A DNA stretch of 64,000 nucleotides from assembly GCA_045807905.1 (NCBI GenBank), contig JBJMGM010000144.1:871-64870 (forward strand). Reading direction: 5' to 3'. This document shows, piece by piece, positions 26,880 through 36,480 of the stretch (position 1 is the stretch's first letter; each line of letters starts with the position of its first letter). The position numbers and the translations under genes are program-made. Under the pieces are notes generated by a model. The model was not told the origin of the DNA. It saw only the letters and a program-made list of their open reading frames with translations, and made no database searches. This DNA comes from Bryobacteraceae bacterium. Lineage in GTDB: Bacteria; Acidobacteriota; Terriglobia; Bryobacterales; Bryobacteraceae.

Positions 26880-29800
26880 ATGCACTTTACCGATCTATTC
26901 ATTCGCCGCGCCATCACAACCACCTTGCTGATGGCCGGCATTCTCATCTTCGGAATTCTCAGCTACACGACGCTTCCGGTCAGCAATCTGCCCTCAGTTG
27001 AATACCCGACCATACAGGTATCGGCTTCACTACCGGGCGCAAATCCAGACACAATGGCGTCGTCTGTTGCGACACCGCTCGAAGCAGAGTTCTCGACGAT
27101 AGCTGGGATTGACAGCATGTCGTCCTCGAGCGCGCTCGGTACCACCGGCATTACTCTTCAGTTCGACCTAAGCCGCGATATTGACGCTGCAGCACAGGAT
27201 GTTCAGGCCGCGATCTCTCGGGCGGGCGGGAGGTTACCGACTAACATGCCGGCGCCTCCCTCCTATCAGAAGGTAAACCCGGCGGAGCAGCCGATTCTCT
27301 TTATCGCAGTCTCATCGAAGACGATGTCGCTATCGCAGCTTGATGAATACGCTGAGACCACTATGGCCCGACGCATCTCAATGGTGAACGGAGTAGCTCG
27401 CGTACGAGTGTTCGGCGCACAAAAATACGCCGTACGTGTGCAGGCTGATCCTGAAAAGTTGGCGGCGCGCCAGGTGGATCTTGAAGAAGTGCGCAACGCG
27501 CTGTCGAGTGGGAGTGTGAATCTTCCCGCTGGTTCGCTGTATGGCTTCAGCAAGGCTTATACCGTTGAATCGACCAGTCAGCTCACGTCTGCTCCCCAGT
27601 TCGCGCGGCTTATCGTCACATACCGCAACGGCAGTCCTGTCCACCTTGATGAATTGGGAAACGTACTCGATAGTGTCAGTGACAATAAGACAATCTTTTG
27701 GATCAATCAAAACCGCAGCGTGGTTCTAGCTGTGCAGAAGCAGCCCGGCACGAACACGGTGGCTGTTGCTGATGCAGTGAAGGCGTTGCTTCCCGTCATG
27801 AAGCAATCGATGCCGGCCGGCATCGTGATAGGAAGAGCGTTCGACGCTTCAGAAAACATTCGAGAATCAATTCGGGACGTGAAATTCACGCTCGTCGTGA
27901 CCATATGCCTTGTCATTTTGGTGATTTTTGTGTTTTTACGGAACGTTTCGGCGACGGTGATTCCGAGCCTGGCAGTGCCTCTTTCGCTGTTGGGCACGTT
28001 TGCGGCGATGAAGTTGCTCGGGTTCACCATTGACATGCTCTCAATGATGGCGATGACGCTGTCGGTGGGCTTTGTCGTGGATGACGCAATCGTCATGCTG
28101 GAAAACATTGTGCGGCATATGGAGATGGGCAAGCCACGCATGCAGGCGGCAATCGAGGGGGCGCGGGAGGTCGGTTTCACCATCGTATCGATGACCGTCT
28201 CATTGGTTGCCGTGTTCATTCCCGTACTGTTCTTGAGCGGCATTATCGGCCGATTGCTGCGTGAATTTTCAATAACTATTGCTGTGGCTGTACTTATCTC
28301 AGGGGTCATTTCATTGACCCTTACGCCGATGTTGTGCAGCCGCTTTCTACGTCAAGAGACACACTCGCGGAATCGCTTCTATCAATTGTCGGAAGGCTTT
28401 TTCGATTGGCTGAACAACGCCTATCGCCGCACCTTACAGGTGGTGATGCATCACAGACGCACAACGCTATTGGCGAGTGTTGCCCTTACCGTTGCCACCG
28501 TTTATCTATTCGTTGTCATGCCCAAAGGTTTTATGCCTACAGTCGATCAAGGCTTTGCGTTCGGCGGAGCTGAAGCGGCGCAGGATACATCTTTCGATGA
28601 AATGGTGCGTATACAGAAAAAGTTGACGGATATTTTGCACCAAAATCCTTGGGTTGAGACGTACGGCTCGGGTGTTGGTGGCTTTGGGGGCCAGAACCAG
28701 GGCTTCATGTTCGTCAGTTTTAAAGATGACAAACACCGCCCTAAAGCGAATGCCATCATCGGCCAGCTTGCGCAAAAGTTCATGGCGATACCCGGCGTAA
28801 TGGTGTTTTTGCAGGTTCCGCCTCTCCTAACGTTGGGCCAAAATGAAGGCCGAAGCCAGTATTCGGTTGCGCTTCAAGACGCAGACGTGCAGGCCCTGTA
28901 CAAGTGGGGACCAATCCTTGAAACGAAACTCCACTCCATTCCGCAGTTGACCAACATTTACAGTGATCTTCGACTAGCGAGTCCTCGGCTCACTGTAGAC
29001 ATAGACCGTAATCGTGCTCTAGCGCTCGGTGTAACCCCGGACGCAATTGCCAATACGCTTTATGATGCCTACGGGAATCGAAGAGTAACGACCATTACCG
29101 CCGCAGCGAACCAATACGACGTGATTCTCGAGGTCCCGCCGCAGTATCAACGCGATCCATCTGCGCTCAACAAGCTATACATCCGATCGAATCAGGGCAA
29201 GATGGTTCCCCTAGCTGCGGTGACCGATCTGAAGCAGACTGTAGCCACGCTGAGTGTCAATCATATCGGGCAGCTTCCGGCAGTAAATTTCCAATTCGAT
29301 GTGAAGCCCGGAGTTTCGTTAAGCGAAGCCACGCGCCTGGTGGACGAAGCAGCGAGTCAGATTGGCCTCCCTGACACGATGAGCTTCAGTTATCAGGGAA
29401 CGGCGGCGGCATTTCAGAGCTCGCTTCGTGGTCTCGGTATTTTGCTCATCATTGCCGTACTGGTCATTTACCTCGTTTTGGGCGTTCTCTACGAGAGCTT
29501 CATTCATCCGATCACGATTCTTTCAGGTTTGCCAGCGGCGGGTCTTGGCGCGCTTCTCACGTTGTTGGTGTTTGGCCACGATCTGAATCTGTACTCGTTC
29601 GTCGGCATCGTTCTTCTTCTGGGCATCGTGAAGAAGAACGCGATCATGATGATTGACTTCGCGTTGCACGCACAACGCACTGAGGGCAAGTCTCCAGAAG
29701 AAGCAATTTTTGAAGGCTGCTTGAAGCGTTTTCGTCCTATTATGATGACCACCATGGCGGCCTTGCTGGGTACGTTGCCGGTTGCTTTTGGAACTGGCGC

Positions 29801-29990
29801 AGGTGGCGAGGCGCGGCGTCCCTTGGGTCTCGCCGTTGTGGGCGGACTTGTCGTGTCGCAAGTGCTTACGCTCTACATAACCCCCGTGGTTTACCTCTAC
29901 TTGGATCGGCTAGTGAGCCGTCGGCGAGAGCGTCAATCGACGAAGGCCGTTAGCGGTTGGCCCGCTGAAGGGACGCTGGTAAAACAGTAG
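26880..29990 (+). CDS. RND efflux transporter permease subunit (AcrB/MdtB/C family)
   Basis: 1036 aa with 12-TM and two large periplasmic loops. FIRRAITTTLLMAGILIFG, the proton-relay context GFVVDDAIVMLENI and IVKKNAIMMIDFA are present. Confidence 0.9.
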   Translation: MHFTDLFIRRAITTTLLMAGILIFGILSYTTLPVSNLPSVEYPTIQVSASLPGANPDTMASSVATPLEAEFSTIAGIDSMSSSSALGTTGITLQFDLSRDIDAAAQDVQAAISRAGGRLPTNMPAPPSYQKVNPAEQPILFIAVSSKTMSLSQLDEYAETTMARRISMVNGVARVRVFGAQKYAVRVQADPEKLAARQVDLEEVRNALSSGSVNLPAGSLYGFSKAYTVESTSQLTSAPQFARLIVTYRNGSPVHLDELGNVLDSVSDNKTIFWINQNRSVVLAVQKQPGTNTVAVADAVKALLPVMKQSMPAGIVIGRAFDASENIRESIRDVKFTLVVTICLVILVIFVFLRNVSATVIPSLAVPLSLLGTFAAMKLLGFTIDMLSMMAMTLSVGFVVDDAIVMLENIVRHMEMGKPRMQAAIEGAREVGFTIVSMTVSLVAVFIPVLFLSGIIGRLLREFSITIAVAVLISGVISLTLTPMLCSRFLRQETHSRNRFYQLSEGFFDWLNNAYRRTLQVVMHHRRTTLLASVALTVATVYLFVVMPKGFMPTVDQGFAFGGAEAAQDTSFDEMVRIQKKLTDILHQNPWVETYGSGVGGFGGQNQGFMFVSFKDDKHRPKANAIIGQLAQKFMAIPGVMVFLQVPPLLTLGQNEGRSQYSVALQDADVQALYKWGPILETKLHSIPQLTNIYSDLRLASPRLTVDIDRNRALALGVTPDAIANTLYDAYGNRRVTTITAAANQYDVILEVPPQYQRDPSALNKLYIRSNQGKMVPLAAVTDLKQTVATLSVNHIGQLPAVNFQFDVKPGVSLSEATRLVDEAASQIGLPDTMSFSYQGTAAAFQSSLRGLGILLIIAVLVIYLVLGVLYESFIHPITILSGLPAAGLGALLTLLVFGHDLNLYSFVGIVLLLGIVKKNAIMMIDFALHAQRTEGKSPEEAIFEGCLKRFRPIMMTTMAALLGTLPVAFGTGAGGEARRPLGLAVVGGLVVSQVLTLYITPVVYLYLDRLVSRRRERQSTKAVSGWPAEGTLVKQ

Positions 29991-30060
29991 AGTCAAGCAG
30001 TAGAGCGCGCCATACATATCCGTATCTGTGCGCACCGAGCCGGAGGGCTATGCTGAAGAA

Positions 30061-31371
30061 ATGGATCTCCCGAGATTCGTTCTTGTTGAACAGCACTTCC
30101 CAGAGCGCGCGATTTCGAACATTCCCCAGCACGTTCGCACAGAACTGGCGCAAGCTGATTTCGCCTCCCGGATTCCGAAGGGCGGGCGCGTCGCCATTGG
30201 CGTAGGCAGCCGAGGCATCTCAAATATTGCGACCATCGTCAAATCGGTTGTCGAGTTCTGGAAAGAGAAAGGGGCTCATCCCTTCATTTTTCCTGCTATG
30301 GGCAGTCATGGGGCGGCAACTGCGGAAGGGCAGGCGGACGTGCTGGCGCACTACGGGATCCACGAAGCGACTATGGGAACGCCGGTCATCAGTTCACTTG
30401 ACGTTGTGCCCCTTGGGAAGACGCCGGAGGGTGTGGAAACCTTTATGGATCGGAACGCCTATGAATCCGACGGCGTGTTTCTAGTTCCCCGCATAAAATG
30501 GCACACCGATTTTTCAGGTGAAATTGAAAGCGGACTATTCAAGATGGTTGCAATCGGAATCGGTAAGTTCGCCGGAGCCCGGCAATATCACACCTTCGGC
30601 TATCGTATGGGGCTGGAGCGCGTAATACGGAGTGTAGGAACTAAAATCCTGTCCACTGGAAAAGTCCTCGGTGGCCTTGCAATTCAAGAAGGCGCGCATC
30701 ATGAGACAGGCGGGCTTGTTGCGATCAGCTCGTCCCGGGGTGTCGAAGCGATGCTCGCTCAAGAACAAAGCCTATTGCGGGAGGTGAAATCGTGGAGAGC
30801 GAAATTGCCTGCTCCGGAAATCGATGTCCTCATTGTGGATGAGATCGGCAAGGATATCAGTGGGACAGGAATGGACACAAAGGTAATCAACCGCGGTATT
30901 AACGGTGACTATAATCCTTTTCCAGAAACGCCCATCGTGCATCGGGTATACGCCCGAGGATTGAGTGAGCTTACCTACCATAGCGGAATCGGCATCGGCC
31001 TTGCGGATGTCATTCACGATCGCCTGCTAAACGACATAGACTGGAAACCCACCTACATCAACTCGCTGACCGCTTCCACTCCGGCCGGAGTCCGAACGCC
31101 CATACACTTTGCAAGCGATCTCGAAACGCTCACTAATATCGCTCCGACGGTGGGAAAAATCGACCTTTCAAACGTGACATACTGCCGCATTCGGAACACC
31201 TTGGAATTGGTGCATGTGGCCGTTAGTGAGACTCTCGTTCCAACGCTGTACGCGAACGCGAAACCAGTGTCCCCGGCTTTCGATGTACCTCTAAATTCCG
31301 CGCACGATTTCGATCGGTTTGAAGCGCTCACGCGAGCTGCTTCGGCCTATTCGGAAACTGTGCGGCAGTGA
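30061..31371 (+). CDS. LarA-like / DUF2088 family protein, paralogue 2
   Basis: Same conserved blocks as 13458-14714: GRVAIGVGSRG, FIFPAMGSHGAATAEGQ, KWHTDFSGEIESGLFKMVAIGIGK, LIVDEIGKDISGTGMD and NSLTASTPAG. The ORF opens at 30028 and the first ATG (MDLPRF) is at 30061. Confidence 0.55.
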   Translation: MDLPRFVLVEQHFPERAISNIPQHVRTELAQADFASRIPKGGRVAIGVGSRGISNIATIVKSVVEFWKEKGAHPFIFPAMGSHGAATAEGQADVLAHYGIHEATMGTPVISSLDVVPLGKTPEGVETFMDRNAYESDGVFLVPRIKWHTDFSGEIESGLFKMVAIGIGKFAGARQYHTFGYRMGLERVIRSVGTKILSTGKVLGGLAIQEGAHHETGGLVAISSSRGVEAMLAQEQSLLREVKSWRAKLPAPEIDVLIVDEIGKDISGTGMDTKVINRGINGDYNPFPETPIVHRVYARGLSELTYHSGIGIGLADVIHDRLLNDIDWKPTYINSLTASTPAGVRTPIHFASDLETLTNIAPTVGKIDLSNVTYCRIRNTLELVHVAVSETLVPTLYANAKPVSPAFDVPLNSAHDFDRFEALTRAASAYSETVRQ

Positions 31372-31378
31372 GACTTGC

Positions 31379-32023
31379 GTGCCAAAGGCTCCCAAGGTGT
31401 CGGCTGCGGAGTGGGTACCAGCAACTCACGATCTGAGTAGATTGCGCACGGCGGCGCCAGATTGCCGCGGCTGCGAACTTTATCAGCGGGCGACTCAGGT
31501 CGTCTTTGGCGAAGGGCCGCAAAACGCCAAAGTTGTGATGGTAGGGGAACAGCCCGGCGATGAAGAGGATCAAAAAGGGCGTCCCTTCGTTGGCCCCTCG
31601 GGTCGGCTGTTAAGTAAGGCGATGAGCGAGGCCGGGCTCGATCGCGAGCAGATATACGTGACGAATGCAGTGAAGCACTTTAAGTTCATAGAGCGCGGCA
31701 AACGGCGTCTTCACGCAAAGCCAAACGGAAGTGAGATCTCTGCCTGTCGCCCATGGCTTGAAGCGGAACTGGGGGTAATTGAGCCGGCGATTGTTGTTTG
31801 CCTCGGTGCGACGGCAGCGCAATCACTCATGGGCCCCGCATTTCGAATCACGAAAGAACGCGGCACCTTCTTCCCGCATCCCTGGGCCAAGCAGTTGGTA
31901 GCGACGGTACACCCGTCCGCTATCCTGCGAGCACCCGAAAGATATGAACAAGAATATGAATTGTTCGTCCGCGACTTACGATCAATCGCAACAAAAATGG
32001 ACGAGCTGCGTTTAGCCGGCTAG
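31379..32023 (+). CDS. udgX: UdgX-family uracil-DNA-binding protein (family-4-derived UDG with KRRxH loop)
   Basis: GEQPGDEEDQKGRPFVGPSGRLL, NAVKHFKFIERGKRRLHAKP (the KRRIH-type loop unique to UdgX), ACRPW and TVHPSAILR are present. Fe-S cysteines are CRGC and ACRPW. GTG 31379 lies 7 nt after the upstream stop. The ORF-track TTG 31319 would overlap the upstream gene. Confidence 0.8.
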   Translation: MPKAPKVSAAEWVPATHDLSRLRTAAPDCRGCELYQRATQVVFGEGPQNAKVVMVGEQPGDEEDQKGRPFVGPSGRLLSKAMSEAGLDREQIYVTNAVKHFKFIERGKRRLHAKPNGSEISACRPWLEAELGVIEPAIVVCLGATAAQSLMGPAFRITKERGTFFPHPWAKQLVATVHPSAILRAPERYEQEYELFVRDLRSIATKMDELRLAG

Positions 32024-32838
32024 TTCAGACCAGCTTTCCAGCGCTCAATTAGCAGAAGCTGTTTCTCGACCTGCTCGCGCTCTGGGGAGTCAGGCTCAAG
32101 ACGTAGATAGGTTTCTAGATCGGCCTTTGCGGCGCGGTGGTTGAGCTGCCGAAGATGGATGAGGCCGCGATGGCGGTATTCATCGGCATACTCGGGCATT
32201 GCCTCTATTAAGAGATCGAGCACTTGGCGCGCTTTCTCAAACGCCTGACCGCGCAGATATATGGCTTTCAAGTTGCTCAGCATGCGCACGAGGATCTGTT
32301 GCTTGTTTACAGGGGCGAGGACCGCCGGGTTGGTCCGCAGGTCGACGCCAGCGGTTTCCTTCGAAAGAACGCAGCATTCAGTAAACGAAAGAATGCGGCC
32401 CCGGTTGAACGGGTCCACCCAATAGCGAGCTTCAGCGTCTTCATACGCGACGATAAAATGACCAGGCAGGCCCACGCCATAGACCGGCCTCGAGAGACGG
32501 CGCGCGATCTCGATATAGAGCACCGCGAGAGAAATAGGAATACCGAGCCGACGCATCAGGACCGAGTTGAGACAGCTGTTGCGCGGATCGTAATAGCTCT
32601 CCTCGTTTCCGCGGAACTGAAGGGTTTCGAACAAGAGCTGGTTGGCTGCTTTAATGAAATCGAGGCCAGTTGAGTTCGTGCTCAGCTGTGAGCCGATCTG
32701 CTGTGCCAGATTCTCGAGGCGAAAGAGCGAGGCGTCGAAATCGAGCTGTGGAAATTCGACGCTGGCCACTTCGAGGGCGGCGATATCGAGGGTGACTTCT
32801 GAGCGTTCGTGCCGTAAGGCGTCGCGCAAGCGCTCCAC
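32020..32838 (-). CDS. SirB1/YchA-like protein (transglutaminase-like N-domain + TPR)
   Basis: 272 aa. LDIAALEVASVEFPQLD, SCLNSVLMRRLGIPISLAVLYIEIARRL and GLPGHFIV are followed by C-terminal TPR-like helices. Confidence 0.55.
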   Translation of the reverse strand: MERLRDALRHERSEVTLDIAALEVASVEFPQLDFDASLFRLENLAQQIGSQLSTNSTGLDFIKAANQLLFETLQFRGNEESYYDPRNSCLNSVLMRRLGIPISLAVLYIEIARRLSRPVYGVGLPGHFIVAYEDAEARYWVDPFNRGRILSFTECCVLSKETAGVDLRTNPAVLAPVNKQQILVRMLSNLKAIYLRGQAFEKARQVLDLLIEAMPEYADEYRHRGLIHLRQLNHRAAKADLETYLRLEPDSPEREQVEKQLLLIERWKAGLN

Positions 32839-32881
32839 GCGACATAGCTTACCACTGAGGAGATAAAGTGGGGTTGGGATT

Positions 32882-33385
32882 GTGATACTCCAACTGCGTT
32901 TTCTGCGGTGTGCATTGCTAGCTGCGGGAACCTTCAGCGCTCCATTGTTTGGCCAAACCGGAACTGCGAAGCGGCTGCCTGCAATGGCGCAGGAGATCGT
33001 GGCTGCTCATAACTCGGTCAGGGCCGATCATGGTGTCCCGCCGCTGCGCTGGTCAGACGAGGTAGCGGAATATGCGCAGAAGTGGGCAAATGCTCTCATC
33101 GCGAATGGCGAATTCAAGCACAGCAGTCCGCGGTATGGGGAAAACTTGTTCGAGATTTCAGGTGGATCTACGACGGCGTACGATGTCGTCTCCGCATGGG
33201 CTGCCGAACGCAAGAACTACAATTACCGGAAGAACACCTGCTCCGGCACATGCGGCCACTACACGCAAGTGGTATGGCGGGACACGCACTTGCTGGGTTG
33301 TGGCATGGCCCGCGATAGGCGACGTGAAGTGTGGGTTTGCGATTACGAGCCGCATGGAAATATTGTGGGCGAACGGCCCTATTGA
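32882..33385 (+). CDS. secreted CAP/SCP/PR-1-like domain protein
   Basis: A signal peptide is followed by HNSVRADHGVPPLRWS, GENL, GHYTQVVWRDT and VCDYEPHGN (CAP signature motifs). GTG start. Confidence 0.8.
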   Translation: MILQLRFLRCALLAAGTFSAPLFGQTGTAKRLPAMAQEIVAAHNSVRADHGVPPLRWSDEVAEYAQKWANALIANGEFKHSSPRYGENLFEISGGSTTAYDVVSAWAAERKNYNYRKNTCSGTCGHYTQVVWRDTHLLGCGMARDRRREVWVCDYEPHGNIVGERPY

Positions 33386-33410
33386 CGCCGGCGCCGGACT
33401 GATGACAGGT

Positions 33411-34049
33411 TTACATTCGGACTGCAATAAGCGATTTGGCGACTCCTAATACGCGTTCAGAGAATATTTGGGCATCCGGGAACAAGCATCGAAGATCCCT
33501 TTTGTTGAGTAGCTCGATATCGTTCAAGAAATGCTCAATATAAAACGAGCGTTGTGCTTCAGTTGGACGGACGAGTACCTCCCATATGGTAAAGCGTTCG
33601 ATGATCCGTCTTTGCATCGTCTTTGGAAGGTAGTGAATGAAGGGAAGCATCAAATGCAGCTCTATTGGAAATCCTCGATTCGGCGTTTGGACCCAATACG
33701 ATCGAGCGACTCGACCTATTTCTTCGGCGAAATTCTGTTGATCCCGGCGAGTCCCAACGTGCTCGATAACGGAATTGCTGAATGCAATATCGAAAGCAGC
33801 GTCCGCGAAAGGCAGCATACGGCCGTCCGCCGCAACACGCTGTACAGATTTCGCACCGGGCTCTAGCGCGCTGGGGAAATTCAGGACTGTGAGGCGAGGT
33901 TGAATGGTCAAAAACTCCCAAATAGCAGGCGACCCCCCGACGTCGAGAATACGCGTGTTCGCGTTGATCTTAAAGGTCCTTTCAAACAGCCGCATCCGTC
34001 GAGACCGGAAGTGCTGCAGGGCCCCTAGTACTAGATCGGAACACATCAT
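33411..34049 (-). CDS. class I SAM-dependent methyltransferase
   Basis: ILDVGGSP (motif I) and MLPFADAAFDIAFSNSVIEHV (Methyltransf_11-like) are present. Confidence 0.65.
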   Translation of the reverse strand: MMCSDLVLGALQHFRSRRMRLFERTFKINANTRILDVGGSPAIWEFLTIQPRLTVLNFPSALEPGAKSVQRVAADGRMLPFADAAFDIAFSNSVIEHVGTRRDQQNFAEEIGRVARSYWVQTPNRGFPIELHLMLPFIHYLPKTMQRRIIERFTIWEVLVRPTEAQRSFYIEHFLNDIELLNKRDLRCLFPDAQIFSERVLGVAKSLIAVRM

Positions 34050-34093
34050 TCCGCGTTCGGTTTGCAGTTCTGCACCGGCGGATCCAGGGCGAC

Positions 34094-34870
34094 TTACTTC
34101 GCCTCTTGAAAGCGTCTGGCCATTGACGCCGCGAGCTGCCGAGGTGCGAAGCGTGTAAAGAATGCCATTACGCTGTTAATACGGCCTGCAATTACAAGCG
34201 GCTTTCCTGCCTTCATTGCCGCGAGGCCGATCTGCGCCACAGCACTCGCGTCCATCACATTTCCACCTTTGAAGAGCTTTGTGTTCGTAACCCCGGCGCG
34301 TTTATCGAATTCCGTCTTCGTCGGGCCGGGGCAGAGGGCGGTCACAGTGACACCATAATCGCGGGCCTCATTATGCAACGCTTCTGAGAACGAAACGACG
34401 TACGCTTTGGTGGCATAGTAGACTGCCATCAATGGGCCGGGCTGAAACGCGGCCGTTGACGCAATATTTAAAATTTGTCCACTCCGCCGCTTGACGAACC
34501 CTGGAAGAAATAACCGGGTCAGATGCGTAAGCGCTCCAACGTTTAGCTGAACCATCTGCATTTGCTGCTCCTCATCGAGTTCCCAGAACCGTCCCACTAG
34601 ACCGAAGCCGGCATTGTTGATGAGCAGTTCGACCTTTAGCCCGGCACTCGTCAGTTCATCGAAGACCTCACGCGCTGCGTCTGGAATGGACAGGTCCTTT
34701 TCAATCACTCGAACAGTGCGCTTTGTGTTCTGCCGGATTTCGGCAGCGAGCTCTTCCAGTTGTGGAAGCGATCGCGCAATCAGTACAACATCGTAACCTT
34801 CGCGGGCACATAAGCGTGCGAATTCACGTCCAAGACCGGTCGAGGCACCAGTGATGAGGGCTAGCGGCAT
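34094..34870 (-). CDS. SDR-family oxidoreductase
   Basis: ITGASTGLGREFA, NNAG and YYATKAY are present. Confidence 0.85.
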   Translation of the reverse strand: MPLALITGASTGLGREFARLCAREGYDVVLIARSLPQLEELAAEIRQNTKRTVRVIEKDLSIPDAAREVFDELTSAGLKVELLINNAGFGLVGRFWELDEEQQMQMVQLNVGALTHLTRLFLPGFVKRRSGQILNIASTAAFQPGPLMAVYYATKAYVVSFSEALHNEARDYGVTVTALCPGPTKTEFDKRAGVTNTKLFKGGNVMDASAVAQIGLAAMKAGKPLVIAGRINSVMAFFTRFAPRQLAASMARRFQEAK

Positions 34871-34966
34871 CGTTAACGATTGTTACATCAGGGGTTGAGA
34901 GTAAATCTCTGCCAATGTCCTCGTTTGAGGCAGCAGCTGCGGCGCTATCTAATAATCTGAAGAAGC

Positions 34967-36478
34967 TTGTCTTTTCTTCGCCGGTATCTGGCGCCGTCAA
35001 TCATCGCGGTGGCTATCTCAAGCCTGTATCTGTATCACCTGGATGGTGTTGGTCTGCTTGGCCCCGACGAGCCGCGGTACGCCGCTATTGGCCGAGCGAT
35101 GGCCGAAACGGGGAACTTGATTACGCCAAGCCTTTGGGGCGCGCCTTGGTTCGAAAAACCACCTCTGCTGTATTGGATGGTCGCGGCCGCCACGGCAACC
35201 GGCTTGAATCCGGATCGTGCAGCCCGTGTTCCTGTCGCGCTGCTGAGCTTCGCATTTCTGGGCCTGTCGTTCTGGCTACTGTGGCGCGAATTTGATGTCG
35301 AAGTGGCGACGCTTTCGACTGCGCTGCTAGCGACTTCGGCTGGATGGATCACTTACAGCGGACTCTGCTTGACGGATTTGCCTCTAGCGGTTTTCTTTTC
35401 GCTGGCAGTATTTTTGGGTCTGCCATTGCTCCGTGATCAGCCGGAACTCGCGCTCATCAACCGACGAATTTTTCTTATTGGCGTTTGCGTCGGCTTGGCC
35501 ACACTCGCGAAGGGTCTCGTCCCGCTTGCTCTTTGTTTACCGTTCTTCTGGTTTCTTCGGCGGTTTTGGCGGCGCTGGTGGCTCGCGTTCCTCTCTTGTG
35601 CCATCGTCGCCGCTCCCTGGTACGTTGCCGTCTACGTATCCAATGGAAATCAGTTTGTTGAAGACTTCTTTTGGAAACACCACGTACAGCGGCTTTATTC
35701 GGCATCGTTGCAGCACGTACAGCCCTGGTACTACTACTTCCCCGTGCTTCTCGCCGGCCTTTTTCCCTGGACACCTCTCCTCGGAGTATTTGCAACGCGG
35801 CGGGCCGTATGGGACGAACGCCGGCGTTTTCTGGCAAGTGCTTTTTGTTTCGGTGTCCTGCTCTTCAGCATTTCATTGAATAAATTGCCCGGATATCTCT
35901 TGCCATTATTCCCTGCTATATTCGTGCTACTCGCCTCACAATTCGAAGGAAAAAGCGCAACACGAGTTGACCGGCTCTGGCTATTGTTGGCTGCGCTGCT
36001 GGTCTCCTCAATTCCGCTGCTTGCTCGACTATTGCCGGAGTGGCTTAGCAGAGGTCGGTTATCATCATTGCCGATCAGACCTTTCTTGGAACCGAACCTG
36101 CTCTACATGGTTGTGCCTGTGCTGCTGGTCTTTGTGGCCCGGCGCTCGTGGATTGTCCTGCTGCTCGTTGTTTGTATTGCCTGGGGAGGAATTTACTTGA
36201 AAGACAGCGCGTATCCAATTCTCGACCGGAAAGTCTCGGCGCGCGGCTTGTGGCGCGACATCAAAGCGGTGTCAAATAAGATCTGTGATGGAGGCTTAGA
36301 TCGGGAATGGCAGTATGGCTTGGCTTTCTATCACGGATCTCCCGTGCCTTATTGCAGCCCAGGAAAATTTGATTTCGTGCTCCGGCCGAGGCCGCACCAA
36401 CCGCCGTCTATTGAACCACTGAACGAAAATGCCGGCCGATTTCAGGTATCGGCCGGTGGTAAAGAACGGAGCAAATGA
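34967..36478 (+). CDS. GT-C family 39 glycosyltransferase (ArnT/PMT-like)
   Basis: 503 aa, polytopic. LLGPDEPRYAAIGRAMAETGNLITPSLWGAPWFEKPPLLYW is the first-loop DE/KPPL signature of ArnT/PMT_2 enzymes. TTG start. Confidence 0.75.
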   Translation: MSFLRRYLAPSIIAVAISSLYLYHLDGVGLLGPDEPRYAAIGRAMAETGNLITPSLWGAPWFEKPPLLYWMVAAATATGLNPDRAARVPVALLSFAFLGLSFWLLWREFDVEVATLSTALLATSAGWITYSGLCLTDLPLAVFFSLAVFLGLPLLRDQPELALINRRIFLIGVCVGLATLAKGLVPLALCLPFFWFLRRFWRRWWLAFLSCAIVAAPWYVAVYVSNGNQFVEDFFWKHHVQRLYSASLQHVQPWYYYFPVLLAGLFPWTPLLGVFATRRAVWDERRRFLASAFCFGVLLFSISLNKLPGYLLPLFPAIFVLLASQFEGKSATRVDRLWLLLAALLVSSIPLLARLLPEWLSRGRLSSLPIRPFLEPNLLYMVVPVLLVFVARRSWIVLLLVVCIAWGGIYLKDSAYPILDRKVSARGLWRDIKAVSNKICDGGLDREWQYGLAFYHGSPVPYCSPGKFDFVLRPRPHQPPSIEPLNENAGRFQVSAGGKERSK

Positions 36479-36480
36479 CA

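Noticed and set aside
27707-28309. 200-aa minus-strand ORF inside the RND permease gene
   Set aside because: It is antisense to a highly conserved transporter region. The Ser/Thr/Met-rich translation is a mirror of hydrophobic codons and has no independent support.
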